Source: Eledone cirrhosa
Taxonomy: Eukaryota
Length of the DNA stretch: 64,000 nucleotides
Assembly: GCA_964016885.1 (NCBI GenBank)
Contig: OZ024745.1
Location: 35,588,001 to 35,652,000 of the forward strand
Direction: 5' to 3'
Part shown: positions 41,541 through 55,130 of the stretch, in pieces
Numbering within the stretch: position 1 is the first letter of the stretch
Layout of the letters: every line of letters begins with the position of its first letter
Position numbers and translations under genes: made by a program
Notes under the pieces: generated by a model
The model's input: the letters and a program-made list of their open reading frames with translations, nothing else
The model's database searches: none
Told to the model about the DNA's origin: nothing

Positions 41541-41728
41541 TAATTGTTTCTACTTTAGGCACAAGGCCAGCAATTACCCAGTACATTACTGGTACTTTAT
41601 TTTATCGACCCCGTAAGGATGAAAGGCAAAGTTAACCTCGACGGGATTTGAACTCAGACCGTAAAGGGACGTAATTATGCTGGAAAGCATGGCGTCCGAC
41701 TCTCTACCGATACTGCCAATCCACCGCC
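41541..41728 (-). mobile_element. SINE A with TSD
   Basis: Reverse complement of 4442-4628; ACGAATATAAT at 41534-41544 and 41739-41749. Confidence 0.92.
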
Positions 41729-42184
41729 CTTTGAAAATACGAATATAATACGTCATTAATAGGAGCGGTGAAAAACAATTACGCGCAAAGACAGAACCAC
41801 ATTTATGGTATAAAAGAGGTCGTAGACTAATGTTCCCTTAGGTGGTGCATAGAGACGTTCTCTGGCGATGAACGAAAAAAACGAAGATAATACGTCATAT
41901 GTGGAGCGTGGAGAACAATAGCACGCAAAGACAAAAGCACGTAAATGGTATAGCAGAAGTCGTAGACTAAATTCTAACTAGGAGACCGAATGAATCTCCG
42001 CTACGGAGTTAAGAACAAAGTAAATAAATACAATACAGAAGTAATAGAAATAAATAAATACATACACGCAAACAGAAACGTACATACGCAAGCATACGCA
42101 AAAACTTACCATAGGTAAACAAAACCACGCACATATAAATATGTGTGTGTGTGTAAGCGTGTATACAAATAAATAAATAATTAT

Positions 42185-42316
42185 ATATTGTTATACTTGG
42201 GGAGGGTCATATTTGCGTAATATTGCCAGAATTAATAACAGAACACACTCACTGTTTGGTTGGTTTTCGCTTCTCGCTGTCTTTTATATCTGCGATCTAA
42301 CTTACTCGGTCCTCAT
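42185..42316 (-). repeat. Solo fragment of the 40555-41155 family
   Basis: ATATTGTTATACTTGGGGAGGGTCATATTTG...ACTCGGTCCTCA. Confidence 0.9.
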
Positions 42317-42849
42317 AATAATTATATAAACTTATATAAATAAATAAATACGTATATAACAAGCGCACACACATACCTACATGTAAATACACGAATGTTC
42401 GGAGACGTAAGTCAACCAAAACATGAAGTACACATATACACACGCCCCACATACGTACGGACCTGCATACTCACACAGACGCAAAACTCCCGTATACACA
42501 TAGCCGAACCATATGCACCAGAATATATGTACATATATTGTTTGTGTTCCATATCTTTTTCGTTTGAGTGTTCTATATGAATGTTTGTATGTGAGAGTTG
42601 TAAAGATGGCGTTAGTAAATGGCATTGCGACATGCTCTTAAGTTTGATGTAATCTCTTTAAAGTGTCATCTTGTCTCAGTCAGGTTTGCTTTCTGACAAA
42701 CTGCATTAGGAGAAAGTGATGATATGCGTGATACAAGCGCAATAGTGGAAGGAACTCGTAAAACATCGTTACTATGCACATCAACTTTATTTATTAAAAT
42801 TTCCTCCACCAAAAGAGCTGGCTAATTAATCAATAAAATCAGTTTCTTT

Positions 42850-43620
42850 TACTTGCAGTTGTTGATTGTTTCTAGTTGTTGGCAAATGTTCTGGCTGAAA
42901 CTGTTGCATGATGGCTCCTATATATGTTGTTTTAGAAATTGTTAACTGTCGTAACGAAGCTGGTGTAAATGTCTTTCTTTAAAACAATATTGAATTTGTC
43001 AGTGATGTATTTGTAGTTTTCTCTTGTTTATTTTGGCTTTACAAGGCCTGTCCTTTTTATAATTGTGGCCATTTAACCACAGGTAATCAGTGATGATTAA
43101 ACAGAATTATGATGAAAGACATTTTGGCTATGGCCAACCGTTTTATTTTCAGGCTTTTTAGAACTGAACTATGGAAAGCGTTCATTCTCTGTTTTTAGCA
43201 GTCTGCCTACTATTCGTAACAAGTTGAGCGACTAACTAGACGTTCTTTTGCTGGCTTGTATTCAGTATTTCTAAATGCTTTTAATGCTTGTTTTATTGGT
43301 TGGCTTTTATTAGCTTTGAGGTTTTTCATCTTTTGTACCTCTCTTTATATATATTTTTTACGTTATTAGTTTTAGTTTTTGTTACTGAAAGATAGTCCCA
43401 GTTGCGATACTATTCCTAGTTCATGTTGCTGGTTGCTGCTAGGTTGAGTTGGAAACTATACATGTTAATATCTGATTAAATTTTCTAATATTTGTAAAAG
43501 AATTGTCTAATGCTTGTTAGTGTATAGTAGTTGTTGAGTTCTCTTAATGTTTGAGTAATAATGTTTCTTTTTAATGGTGAATAATGGTTATTTTTAATGA
43601 CCAGTCTTTACTAATTTCTC
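42850..43620 (-). mobile_element. Possible ancient LINE RT remnant
   Basis: A-rich minus strand with SQLGLSFSNK(KTK)-like and SLNLLRIVG-like peptides; heavily decayed. Confidence 0.35.
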
Positions 43621-43644
43621 TTGGTGTTATTTACTGTTAGTAAA

Positions 43645-43838
43645 GGCGGTGGATTGTCAGTATCGGTAGAACGCCGTACAATATTTATGTTCAGAGTTCA
43701 AATCCCGCCGAGGTTAACTATACCTTTCATCCTTACGAGTTCTATAAAATAAAGTACCAGTAACGTACTGGCTCGATTTAATCGACTTTTCTCTTTCCCC
43801 AAAATTGTTGACCTTTTGCCTAAATAACAAACCATTAT
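43645..43838 (+). mobile_element. SINE A variant with 15 bp TSD
   Basis: TTATTTACT(G/A)TTAGT at 43627-43641 and 43835-43849. Confidence 0.88.
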
Positions 43839-44004
43839 TTACTATTAGTTTCCTTTTGCATTATTCTTACTGACATCGTAAATTATAAGGGTTTTAAAAG
43901 TTAATGTCGAAACGAGATCTTAAATATAATAAAAAAATATATATTCTTATATATCAGCAATTAAGGAGAAAATATAAATAGATTCATAATCACATATCTT
44001 ATAC

Positions 44005-44269
44005 GAGGCGGAACCCATCGCCTATCCAGGTTTGAATTCACCCGATTTCTTCCATGTGCGGAGTGGGCGTGATAGGGAGGATGTGTGTAAGAGATATAGA
44101 GGATGAATCGACACCAGTACTGTACACCAGTATTTATAGCCTCAACATTGTTGTGAGTAATTCGGGGATAAATATATATAAACTGTTCACTAGGATGATG
44201 GCCTCTAACGCGCGCGTTCTTGTTGGTAAATATAGCTGATAAATCTCAAGCAGATCCTGTCTCGCCATT
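44005..44269 (-). pseudogene. Candidate decayed Ig-like exon
   Basis: Acceptor TTTTCTTTATTTAG; frame with one stop reads ...YPRITHNNVEAINTGVQYWCRF, resembling the Ig I.NV...D.G.YWC motif. Confidence 0.25.
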
Positions 44270-45029
44270 CTAAATAAAGAAAACATTGGAAAATGCAGTC
44301 TTTCATAAAAATAAAAAAAGTCTAGATGGTCAAAGTTAAGAGGTATTTGATCGTAGGGCTACTCGATGTGATCTCCCCTGCAGTTAATAAGCAACCATCT
44401 CATCACTTTGCACCCAGGAATTTATGAACTGGTCTTCAAAGATTTTCCAGTAGGATAGAAAATGATTCCGGAAGAAAAGAGTAGTTATCTGTACAATTCA
44501 TTGTCACAAATCAATTATTCAATTATTTATTCAGAAGATGGTACGTGATGATACAGAATTGCCAAAGAATATCCTATTATACGTTTGGATCGATTACCAA
44601 AAACACGTTTGATTAAATTTTTCTTCTTCAAAATGCTGAATGCCCATAAATGTAATGGCATAATCAGGAAAATTCTTTAAAATGGCAATAAAGAATTATC
44701 AGATAATTTTTATTCACTGGAAACACATCAATTGTAAGCGCTAGAGTCAGTAAAATGAATATTAACTGGGTTTAATCAAGGTTATATAACGTCTTATCTT
44801 CACTGATATAGCTTTTAACAAAGTGAGGCGAAGGTATTCTCACAAGCACTAGTTCCTTAGTTAACAGTGTGCATACATTTCTCACATTTACTGATGTGTT
44901 AAATCTTTTACATTTATTAAAATTATTTTTGACGTTTTCTCCATATTACTAATGTGAGTTTCAATATTCAATAAACAAAACTCACAAAGTTAATATGCAG
45001 ATAGAAGGAATGTTTTCTCTGTGGTAAAA

Positions 45030-45245
45030 AGGAAATGTGCGTCCCTTTACCTCAGCTAGCACTCTTGCCTTCCTCATCTTTTCAGCTCCAGTCAAATATA
45101 TTGTGCACCCTTCCCATTATAACCTCAGTAATTAGTGCTTCTTCTTTAAAAGGTCATCTCTCTGGAATGTCCTTCCTGAACGTGTTTCTATCTGCAACCC
45201 AAGCCTGAAATTGTTCAAGAGGAGTATTAACTACGTTGATCACAT
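45030..45245 (+). mobile_element. CR1/L2-type LINE 3' remnant
   Basis: FFFKRSSLWNVLPERV..PSLKLFKRSIN resembles the SFF.R...WN.LP C-terminal motif. Confidence 0.55.
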
Positions 45246-46896
45246 CCGTAACCGAACGTCTGTGAACGTGATGAGCAATGTCTCACCTACATGATCAACC
45301 TAACAACAAACAAATGATAGAATCAGATTGCAAAATTTTTCGCATTAGAAATACTAACTATCATTTAACTGCTGGTTCAGACAAATTTGCTAAAATATTA
45401 CCATTATCATACAGCTATTATATTACGCAAAATTGTCTGGCATCTACTGTTCTAAACTGAAGAATAGACATATTTATAGCTAGATTTATTGTTTCGGTCT
45501 CGCCATTCATTGTTTCCTGGCAACAATCACTGCATGCAGTACTACTATTCTGGTATACTTTATGCCTGCTAATACTTTGATCTCTGTCTAAACTAACGTG
45601 TCACAGTGTTTATGTGTAATTTCTATTGCTGTCGTGTGTATGTTTTCATCTAGTTCTTTTAGAGAAGTAGCATTCTCTAAATTCAAACATATTTCCCAGA
45701 TAACCACAGGATTTCTGATAAAAAAAAAAAACTCCGATTCAAATTAACCATTATAACCTGTCATCCTAGTTACTGTAGATAGTGTTAACATGAAGTCATT
45801 CAAAGGAGAGGAAATAGATCGTCTTGTTATTAAGTTGTCTAATTTACCGAAAGTTTTAAGCATTTCTTTCCCATTTTTCTATGTCTATACTTTTCAAATC
45901 ATATTGAATATAATCAATAATTTGGTGGGATTGTGTAATATAACTAGCTTTAGCATGATAACGTTGGTGTTTAGAATATGATTTAACAAAGGTGCATACA
46001 TAAAATTATAAAATAAGATTTTTTAAAACTAAATACAATCACTTTAAAATGAACAGTTCGGGTGGTTTAGTGATAAATGTGTAAAACCTGTCAGTATCTA
46101 CAAAGTAGTAGTGACTATTAACAAGAATAGTAGATATTATTTTCTAAACCTATCAATTATCCATCATTTAGACAATTATAATCAAAAGAATTACAGATCA
46201 AGTAATACTAAGTATATAGCACGTGCACATGTTCCCGAGTTTAAAGAAGCGCAACTTAGTATTTCGACTTTCCAGTTCCAATAACTTAATTCCATTTTAT
46301 TCTAACGTCGGCTGTGGCTATTGATGTTTGACTAAATAAAGAAATCAATAAGAGTAAGTTAAATTCATGAATGTTAATCGTACATAGCTCGATTGAATAG
46401 CTTAAAAAAGGAGGACGTGAGAGGGTTAGAACCCTAATTTTGTTAAAATTTATTTGGTTTCCATAAGAAAGTTTTCAGTTTGAGAAGTTTTAAATGCTTG
46501 CAAAATCAATATAATGAAAATCTTCGTGTGATATGATTCCTTTGCATGGCCACTTAGGTCCGTTTGCATTACTTACAGAACATTAGATTCTTAATGCTTA
46601 ATGCCATTCAGATCTTTGTGACTTACTACAAAACGTAAAATTTGCGTTTGCTATACATTAAAGACATTGGTGAACGTTTAATGGACTAAGCTCTTCAAAG
46701 CCTTAAACGATTAGTAACAAACATTGAACAGATACGCATAGACTGTGTTTCAATAATACTATTATTGACGATAAAGGCTTCTTAGTTTACGCCATCAACA
46801 AAGGCAAACATTAGCAAAAGGCCTTGATCGTGTAAACGACTATACAAAAAATCAACAACAAAAAAACATACAACCATATACACATTAAATATAAAC

Positions 46897-46960
<64 letters not shown>

Positions 46961-47084
46961 TCATACAAACATGCACGCACACACGCAGACACGCACTCAA
47001 ATGCACACACACACACACATATATACAAACACACACACACACACACACACATACACACACACACATATATATATAAGCAGAAGG

Positions 47085-47552
47085 GATATTTAGTTTGTTG
47101 GTAATTCAACAAATATAAATGTTTATAACTGATTCAGAGCACTCGACAAATTTTCGGGAGTATAATATACAATGATATTAAATAAATGGAAACTATATTT
47201 ATAAAACAATTCCTTTCTCTTCTTTCATACGCATACAATAACTTACCATAATTATTTAAATTTTCCATGGCGTCTAAAATAATGTTTTTTTCAACCCTTT
47301 TACCTAAACCTCATTTGCATACCCATCTTAATAATTTGAAATATCTGACTTTTCTTCTCTTATCCCTTCACTATCCAATGAAAACTTGAACCGTTAAGGT
47401 ATATTCTCATTGGTTATGTCAAAATTTATAAAACACACTTCGTATTTTATCTGATAATAGCGAACCAAAATGTTGGTACCCTTGAAATATATATAATAGA
47501 ATAAATATGGTTTTATAAATATAGTTTCCATTTATTTAATATCATTGTATAT
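47085..47552 (+). mobile_element. HHR-bearing repeat with an inverted terminal segment
   Basis: ATACAATGATATTAAATAAATGGAAACTATATTTATAAAAC (about 47167-47207) is mirrored at 47510-47550. Confidence 0.65.
47446..47500 (+). ncRNA. Decayed minimal hammerhead
   Basis: TTTAT-CTGATAA-[tagcgaACCAA aatg TTGGTaccctt]-GAAA-TATATA-TA-ATAGA then AATAAA; C3-A8 mismatch. Confidence 0.6.
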
Positions 47553-47701
47553 ATATATATACACGAAATGCATACAATTTTCTGTATATACTGCGGTGGT
47601 TCTATGAGAAGTGGTTTGATATATTGGAGCATCTGATAATTTCGTGTCATTTACAAAGTGAAAAGAAGATAGGTCATGACATGCTTTCAGGATCTAGGTC
47701 A

Positions 47702-47740
47702 CTAAGAGATAATTCTTTAATTATCAGAAACATATGTCTA
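47702..47740 (+). ncRNA. Hammerhead remnant
   Basis: CTAAGA (one nucleotide short)-GATAATT cttt AATTATC-a-GAAA-CATATG-TC; stem I is poor. Confidence 0.4.
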
Positions 47741-48939
47741 TATTAACTCTGTAAATCGGGCATGGTGTAGTAGTAGAATAACTAGATTGCTGCTAGTGTG
47801 TCACCAAAAGTGTTAGCTTGACGGTAAATCAATGGTGGGGGATTCGTAAATGTGTTTTATTTACAGCCAGACTCTAGACAATGTCAACATTGAGTAATGC
47901 TTCTCTCAGTTATGTGCCCATTCTACGAAATAAATATACTTCAGCTTACACTTTCGTCCGCCGAACAACGTAGTGTTTGAACATTTTTGATCTGATCACA
48001 CTAAGACAATTATTAAGCCTACATTTACCACCACACAATCCACTTTCCCCCATGCCAAATCAGGTGACTGGTCACAAAACCATACATCCCTTTTCATCAA
48101 TTTCAATATTTCCACAACGTTGCTATGCAGTGAAGATGGTGGCGATTTATTTCAAGTGTGAGGAAAGTATTATATATTTAATACAATTATAATTTCTTTT
48201 CTTTTTATGCATTTATGATCCGTTAAGGTTTAACAATGCGTGACTCTGAGTTCTACGACTTATGGGATTGGCTAATTGATAGTGCCGTCCTGGGTAGTGG
48301 GTAGACCGGGCTCTGGAAATAGCCCACTGCAGTCAACTATGGTTATCATCCTTGCGGGATCGTTAAGCCAGTACAACTCAAATATTTTGGGCATTTCTAA
48401 AATTTCCTTATAATAAGCCCTGTATTGAAGACGTGACAATGCCTACACGGTTTGTATACATATTTTTATTCGAATATTTAATTTTAATTTTCTTTTGAAC
48501 TAATCAATTTGACATATTTTATATCATGATATACGTCTGAATGTTTACAATGCTGTTAAAATTCATACGATTTCATCATTTAACATCTATCATTAAATTA
48601 TTATTTAAATTCACATATTTTCTTATTCCTAGCACGATTTTATTTCAACTGTTGTTCTTGTCTGTTACTGTCTCGCGGGAATTTCTGCTCAACTAATCAG
48701 GTGTCAAACGTTGTGCAAGATATACTGTTGGTGGTATGAAGCCTAAGTTTGTCCCCTGCTGTTGTCAGATGAATACATGATTTGTCACTTAAAGCAAGAT
48801 ATATTTCATCTTCAAAACATCTTACTGTACTACGGTGTGTACTTGTGTGTGTGTGTGGGGGGGGGGGGATCGAGCGCGTGCGTGTATACAATCCTATAAC
48901 TATTTCTCTTATTATTTCCATATATAAATACATACATGC

Positions 48940-49067
<128 letters not shown>

Positions 49068-50589
49068 TCGTATGTATATATGTACGTATGTATTATTTGA
49101 TAGAGTTAATAGAATCGGACAATACCCAGAGGGATAATGTTGGAAAGAGACAGTGATTGAGAGAATTAGTTCGCGAAATATTGACTGCTGTTATGAGTAA
49201 ATGGGTGATTGAATGTTATGCAGTGATGGTCGCATGGACTTGAAGGAGATCAGTTTAGTGATAGTGTAATGATAATGGATGCTTCTATGTATTGTAACGA
49301 AAGTTTTACATGGAATTATGTAACATAATTTGTGAAATAATCTTATCTGTTTAGAGTTGAGAAATATTTATTGAATCCTATAGGCATAGACGAACAGAGT
49401 TATTTCAACTATTATACAAACTCGATACCCGTTGTTCTAGAGATACAACAAGAATTAATATCTTCATTTGAAATTCGATTATTGACATTGTGATTCATAT
49501 ATTACGAAATTATTCTATTATTCATTTAACTAGGTTTTAATGTTGGATTAACATTTTCTACATTGGCATATAGCCGTAGATGAGATGTAATACATTGAGA
49601 ACATTGCTGAATCGACCGCTCAGCATGGAGTTATGCTTGTATTATAGACATCGGATTATGAACTTGTGATTTCTGTGAAATTTGATGTCAGTAGTAAAAT
49701 GGAAACATCTAGCTTATTTAGTGTTCTTCTAAATATGTTATAATATTTCGTCCATTCACATATCAAATGTTAGTTGATTTCTAACATTGGTAGGATAATG
49801 TGTTTCAATGACGACAATGATATCCTATATAGGAATTGTTATTCAAACATAAATACACAAAGAATATATGGGAAGCATTCGCATCAATATTTCTATCATG
49901 TTCTTTGATATTTGCTGGTTATTTTTACAAGCCTCGTACACATTTTATGTATCTATTTTTCGGACAGCTAATCAACTGAACGTAAACAAACAGAAATATG
50001 ATAACTTTGTTTATCTTTCTCTGGAACGGACCGGCAGTGTTATGAACTGCAGAGGGATGGAAACCGCCAGGTTTAAAAGGCACAAGTCACCTTATACCTT
50101 TTTGTGATCCAAACGTAGTCAACACAGCCACACACACACACACACACATGCACACACATGCACAGACAGACACAGACATACGAGCACACAGAGACAAACG
50201 CACATACGAGCACACATGTATATGTTGAATTGTGTTTCTTATAGCGTACAGTAATGCAGATTGCACTTTAAATATCGACAACTGTAACAAATATAATAGA
50301 ATAATCATGACATTTCAGGTAAAATGCAACTTCACCGTGGTGCTTTGAAGGAATTTTAATATATACAAGCGTACATATATATAATCCTGCAATCACAGAC
50401 ACAAACACAGACACAGACAGACATAGACAACAGACAGACACAGACAGACAACAGACATATATAATATAACCATGGAAAATGTTACACATACGGACATACA
50501 TGCCTGCAAATAATTTAGTTCCACTTAGATTGACATACTGGGATTGAATTAAGAGTAATTTCTTTTATACAAGCCTTTTATGCATAAAC

Positions 50590-51189
50590 GTATTATTAGT
50601 ATTAGTAATGTTGTTGTAGTTTTGCCGTTGCTATATGTGTTTTTTTCTTTTCTTCCAATTTAGTTTCCATTTCTTCCCGAATGTTTTCGCAGGACCTTGG
50701 GCAGAGAAAGTCAATGCTTACATTGATAAACCACACAATAAATACACTAGATTATTCACCCCACGTACTTTACACAGATGCATAACATAAGTAGGACACT
50801 GACTTTATACATGTGCACATTATCTATTTAAAATCATATTTACAACAGAATGATATTCAGTCATATAAGCGTGCTCAATTATTTACAATTTACATAATTG
50901 GAATATAATCTAATAAGGTAAAGTAAAAACATTACATTGTTGATTATCTTTTTAAAACGATACTGTTCTTCTCACTACGTGCGCTGTACCAGTTAAAACA
51001 ATGTTCTACACCTCTTGCAGTGATTGTAACCCACGGATCATTCGAAAATAATTTTTTGTTCCCTTCTGCATCTTTCATACTGCCCCTACAATCACTGGTT
51101 TTGCATCCACATTGAGATGCCACATTTTTACAGCCTGGAAGTCTTATATTTTCTGACCTTGTCAAATTCTTTTACCGCGATGTTATGAT
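50590..51189 (-). mobile_element. Decayed R4/Dong 3' end
   Basis: DHNIAVKEFDKVRKYK and KMWHLNVDAKPVIVGAV..LQEV*NIVLTGTAHVVRRTVSF* (stop at 50952-50954); degenerate TAA tail near 50590. Confidence 0.7.
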
Positions 51190-51889
51190 CACATGGAAAA
51201 AAAGTGGTGGTTCGTAAACTAAGCCACCCTCCCCCCATACACACACGCCATGTAGAAATCTTTCCCTAATGCATTTGTAGGCACCCAGTGACATTGTACC
51301 AGCATATAACCGAAAATACAGGTTCAAATTATGGCCTAACAAACTTTATGTCGAAAGTAATTTATTTCAGTGAATGGAACGCATGGCTGGGAAGAGGGGC
51401 GTGATATCTAATGTTTAATAAATACCGATGGGAGGGCTTCGGTCTGCCAAAATAATGTAGATGGAAAACTGATTTAATATCAGGGCATGTATAATAAACT
51501 TGATGCCATGCCCTTGCGCATTAGAATCATATAAATACCGTCGTTACTTAGAAGCAATGAAAGCAGTTGGAGCAACAATTTGTTCCGGGTGGAACCCAAC
51601 CGATTTTTACCGGAGAAATAGAGAGGATGAGCGTGAACAGAGAGGGGGACTGAGAAGCTATATAAAGGAAGAGTCTACCTAAAGATTGAACTATATGAAA
51701 GACAAAGAAGACCTAGTCGAGATTTGAACAAACACCTCAAATCATTCTATCGTCATTCTAACGACTCTGCCACGTCATAGGCTTGAAATAAACATTATAA
51801 TCCAGCTATGCAAACACACATACACATGTTCATGTGACGATGTATGTACATATATACATACGTTCATAACATACATATATACATACGTT

Positions 51890-51933
<44 letters not shown>

Positions 51934-52504
51934 AGTCAAGGAGATACAAGTAGGAAAAGAGTTAGTAATGATGTGTCTGGAGACTTATCATCGTAATATG
52001 TCAATAAACGGAAATTGAAGATCTAACTAAAAATGAAAACAACACTACATTAAACACATACATATATACATATACTTGAACACACACACACAGCCACAGA
52101 CATAGACACGCATATATATACATACATTTTTGTATCCTGTGTACGCGTGTGTTTATACATTTATATGTGTTTGCGTGTGTTTGCTTTTGCATATGTATAT
52201 ATGCTTATATATATACACACCTCACTATGTGTAATACAGATTCGTAAACATCGGTTTTGGTCGGAAGCATTTCACACTAATGCAAATCGTGACTAAAGCA
52301 ACACATTTATCGCTTGTCGTGCGACCGCTTAGAGTTATAACCACACCAACTTTTTGTTCCCTATTTTCTCATATTAGTTATAAACGTCTATTTGATTTAA
52401 CTGAATTTGTAATAAAAATATAACGAAATATGTATCTCTGTTTTACACAGAAATATATTAACACTTTACACGAAAAATAGACTTTATCAGTATGAACGAG
52501 GTAT

Positions 52505-52535
<31 letters not shown>

Positions 52536-52548
52536 ACACACACACTCA

Positions 52549-52590
<42 letters not shown>

Positions 52591-52631
52591 CGAAACATAA
52601 GTCAATTGCATGAACTCATAATCCTTTATTT

Positions 52632-52687
52632 ACTGCTATATATATTTAGATGATAGCCATTGAATGGCTTTGACCTCATCAGGCAGT
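52632..52687 (-). ncRNA. Inactivated copy of the 5045 hammerhead
   Basis: Minus strand ACTGC-CTGATGA-[GGTCAAAGCC attcaat GGCTATCATC]-TAAA-TATATA-TA-GCAGT then AATAAA; G12 changed to U. Confidence 0.7.
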
Positions 52688-52771
52688 TAGTCAGTTGTTA
52701 GATATGCCAGCTCTGTGTTTATGGTGTTGATGGTATCAGAGGCTTGGGACATATATATATATATATATATC

Positions 52772-52847
52772 ATAATAATAATAATAAATATGAAGACTAA
52801 AATCCAAAGAGGGCTTAAACTTTAATCTGTTATTTTAATATATATAT
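52772..52847. repeat. Left arm of a ~73 bp inverted repeat (partner 55250-55322)
   Basis: Core is the exact reverse complement of 55251-55321. Confidence 0.9.
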
Positions 52848-52850
52848 TTT

Positions 52851-53063
52851 AATCGATCGACTTTCGTCAAATCGGACCGAGCAAACAATATTTCCGTTGG
52901 TCTTTCCAATTGCTAATACTAACTATCGGTCGCAACTCCAGGTAGAAGGAGCAACGTGAAATAAAGTGTCTTGCTCAAGGACATAACGCATCGCCCGGTC
53001 TGGGAATCGAACTGACAACCTCACGATTGTGAATCCAGTTCTCTAACCAATCACCCACACGCC
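52851..53063 (-). mobile_element. tRNA-derived SINE, family B
   Basis: Minus strand GGCGTGTGGGTGATTGGTTAGAG..GTTCGATTCCC..GTCCTTGAGCAAGACACTT. Confidence 0.8.
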
Positions 53064-54007
53064 AAGATCAACTCCCATTTCTGGACATCTTAATCACAAA
53101 AAAAGACACAAATATTGAAACTGACATACACTACAAAGCAACAGATTCCAAACAATATCTGCTATTCACCTCCAACCATCCAAAGCACACGAAGACGAAC
53201 ATTCCTTTTAACCTAGCAAGAAGAATTTGCACAATTGTCTCCAATTATGAAACGCGAAATAAAAGACTTCAAGAATTAAAGGAAATTCTACTTGAGAGAG
53301 AGTACCCACTATTACTAATAAATAATGGAATAGAAAGGGCTAAAGCAATAGGCATTGATGAATTACGGAAACAGAAACAAATTCAAGGTACGTCCAATAT
53401 TCTATCATATATCTCAACACACAACCCAAGAAATGCGGAAGCTTACAACACTATTCACAATAACATCCCACTACTAAAACAAAACCCAAGAATAAAAAAA
53501 GCCCTTGAAACACACAAAATAATCAAAAGCAAAAGACAACCAAAATCACTGAAAACATTACTCACCAATGCCAAATTACCTACCACAAACCCACAACCAA
53601 GTATCAAAAAATGTGGTCGCTCTAATTGTGGAACCTGCACTCACCTCATTGAAGGCAACACGTATACATTTAAATCAGGACAAAATTTTACTGTAAAAAA
53701 TCACTTCACTTGCTCATCAAAAAATCTAATTTATGCCATTAAATGTAAAGGATGCAATGAAGATTATATAGGACAAACTAAACTCACACTCAGAAACAGA
53801 ATGACAGTTCATCGCCAACAATTACGAGATCCAACCACGAGACAGATACCACTAAGTGCACATCTAGACATTTGCGCAAGTAATAAGACACCCAAATTCC
53901 AAGTCTTCCCATTTTACCTTTGCGCTAACAATACAACAGAACAAATGCGAATAAATAAGGAAAATATGTTTATTCAAAAATATAGACCAACATTAAATAA
54001 GGTTTAA
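53063..54007 (+). CDS. 5'-truncated Penelope-like (Neptune-type) ORF: RT C-terminus/thumb, Cys linker and GIY-YIG endonuclease
   Basis: Uninterrupted frame: LPFLDILI, TDIHYKATDSKQYL..SNHP, CGRSNCGTC, TCSSKNLIYAIKCKGCNEDYIGQT, RNRMTVH, KENMFIQKYRPTLN. Confidence 0.93.
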   Translation, partial: QDQLPFLDILITKKDTNIETDIHYKATDSKQYLLFTSNHPKHTKTNIPFNLARRICTIVSNYETRNKRLQELKEILLEREYPLLLINNGIERAKAIGIDELRKQKQIQGTSNILSYISTHNPRNAEAYNTIHNNIPLLKQNPRIKKALETHKIIKSKRQPKSLKTLLTNAKLPTTNPQPSIKKCGRSNCGTCTHLIEGNTYTFKSGQNFTVKNHFTCSSKNLIYAIKCKGCNEDYIGQTKLTLRNRMTVHRQQLRDPTTRQIPLSAHLDICASNKTPKFQVFPFYLCANNTTEQMRINKENMFIQKYRPTLNKV

Positions 54008-55130
54008 TATACATTATGTCAACACCACAATATGACATACACACACACACATAACACCTTCTACTTTAGAAAATAAAAACCCGAACTAAATAAACCTTAA
54101 CATACGTTTGCACTGGCAATACAACAGCAAACACGAAAAAGTCAGGAAAATATGTTAATTCAAAAATATTCCTACTAAAGGAATCATTTTCCTACACACA
54201 CACAATATATATATATATATATATTCTCTTCATCTTAACATGCTAACCATACTCCCACACACATAACACCCATACACACACATAACAACCCCCACACCTA
54301 CAACACCCTCCCCATTTCTACTAATAGAACCACTTTCCTACACACATATATATATACACACACACAAAATATATATTCTCTCCATCTAACATACTCGCAC
54401 ACACACACATAACACCCATATACACACACACACAACTCCCTCCCCCATCTCTACTAATAGAATCATTTTCCAATACACACATACACACACACACACACAT
54501 ATACAGACACACAAGCACACAAATAAACACATATCTTCAGTCTCAATAGAAAATCTGAACTCTGACACCTGAACTCTGACAGCTGGCCATATTCACTGAA
54601 CCAGAACATTTCTCCCAATCCCTTTTCCCTTGACCACTATCTCTCCATTGTCATAACATTCACTATAAAGACTACAGAATAGTTTTCCAAATAAGGCGCA
54701 AAAATGTAATGAAAACTTGTTCACGTGACAGCCAAATTTCATTTATAACCAACCCAAAAAAAGCCTTCGTGAGCCTCATTTTTTCAAGTAAAAAGAAATT
54801 CAAACACTCATATATGAAAAAACAACCTGTGACAACCCCCCCCTCTCTTATTTGAAGAACTATTGTAACGCGAACTGGCGCGAAATTTATTATAATTATT
54901 GACAAACCAATCAAATTACTTCTCGAAAAACCTGGCTTTCGAGCCACTTTTTCCATATAAAACAAGTAACATTTAGAGACCAACCAGATGTGAGAAAAAC
55001 CACAGACCCTCCATCTCAACTCACCTTTTGAAAAGCAGAAGAACTGCGAAACCGGTAAAGGAACCAAATAAATATATATATTTAAAAAAAAAATAAGACT
55101 TCAGTTGCATTTTCGATTTCATCTTTTTTT

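Noticed and set aside
50944-51165. Cys-rich 73 aa ORF as a host exon
   Set aside because: Other frames on the same strand match the R4 endonuclease C-terminus
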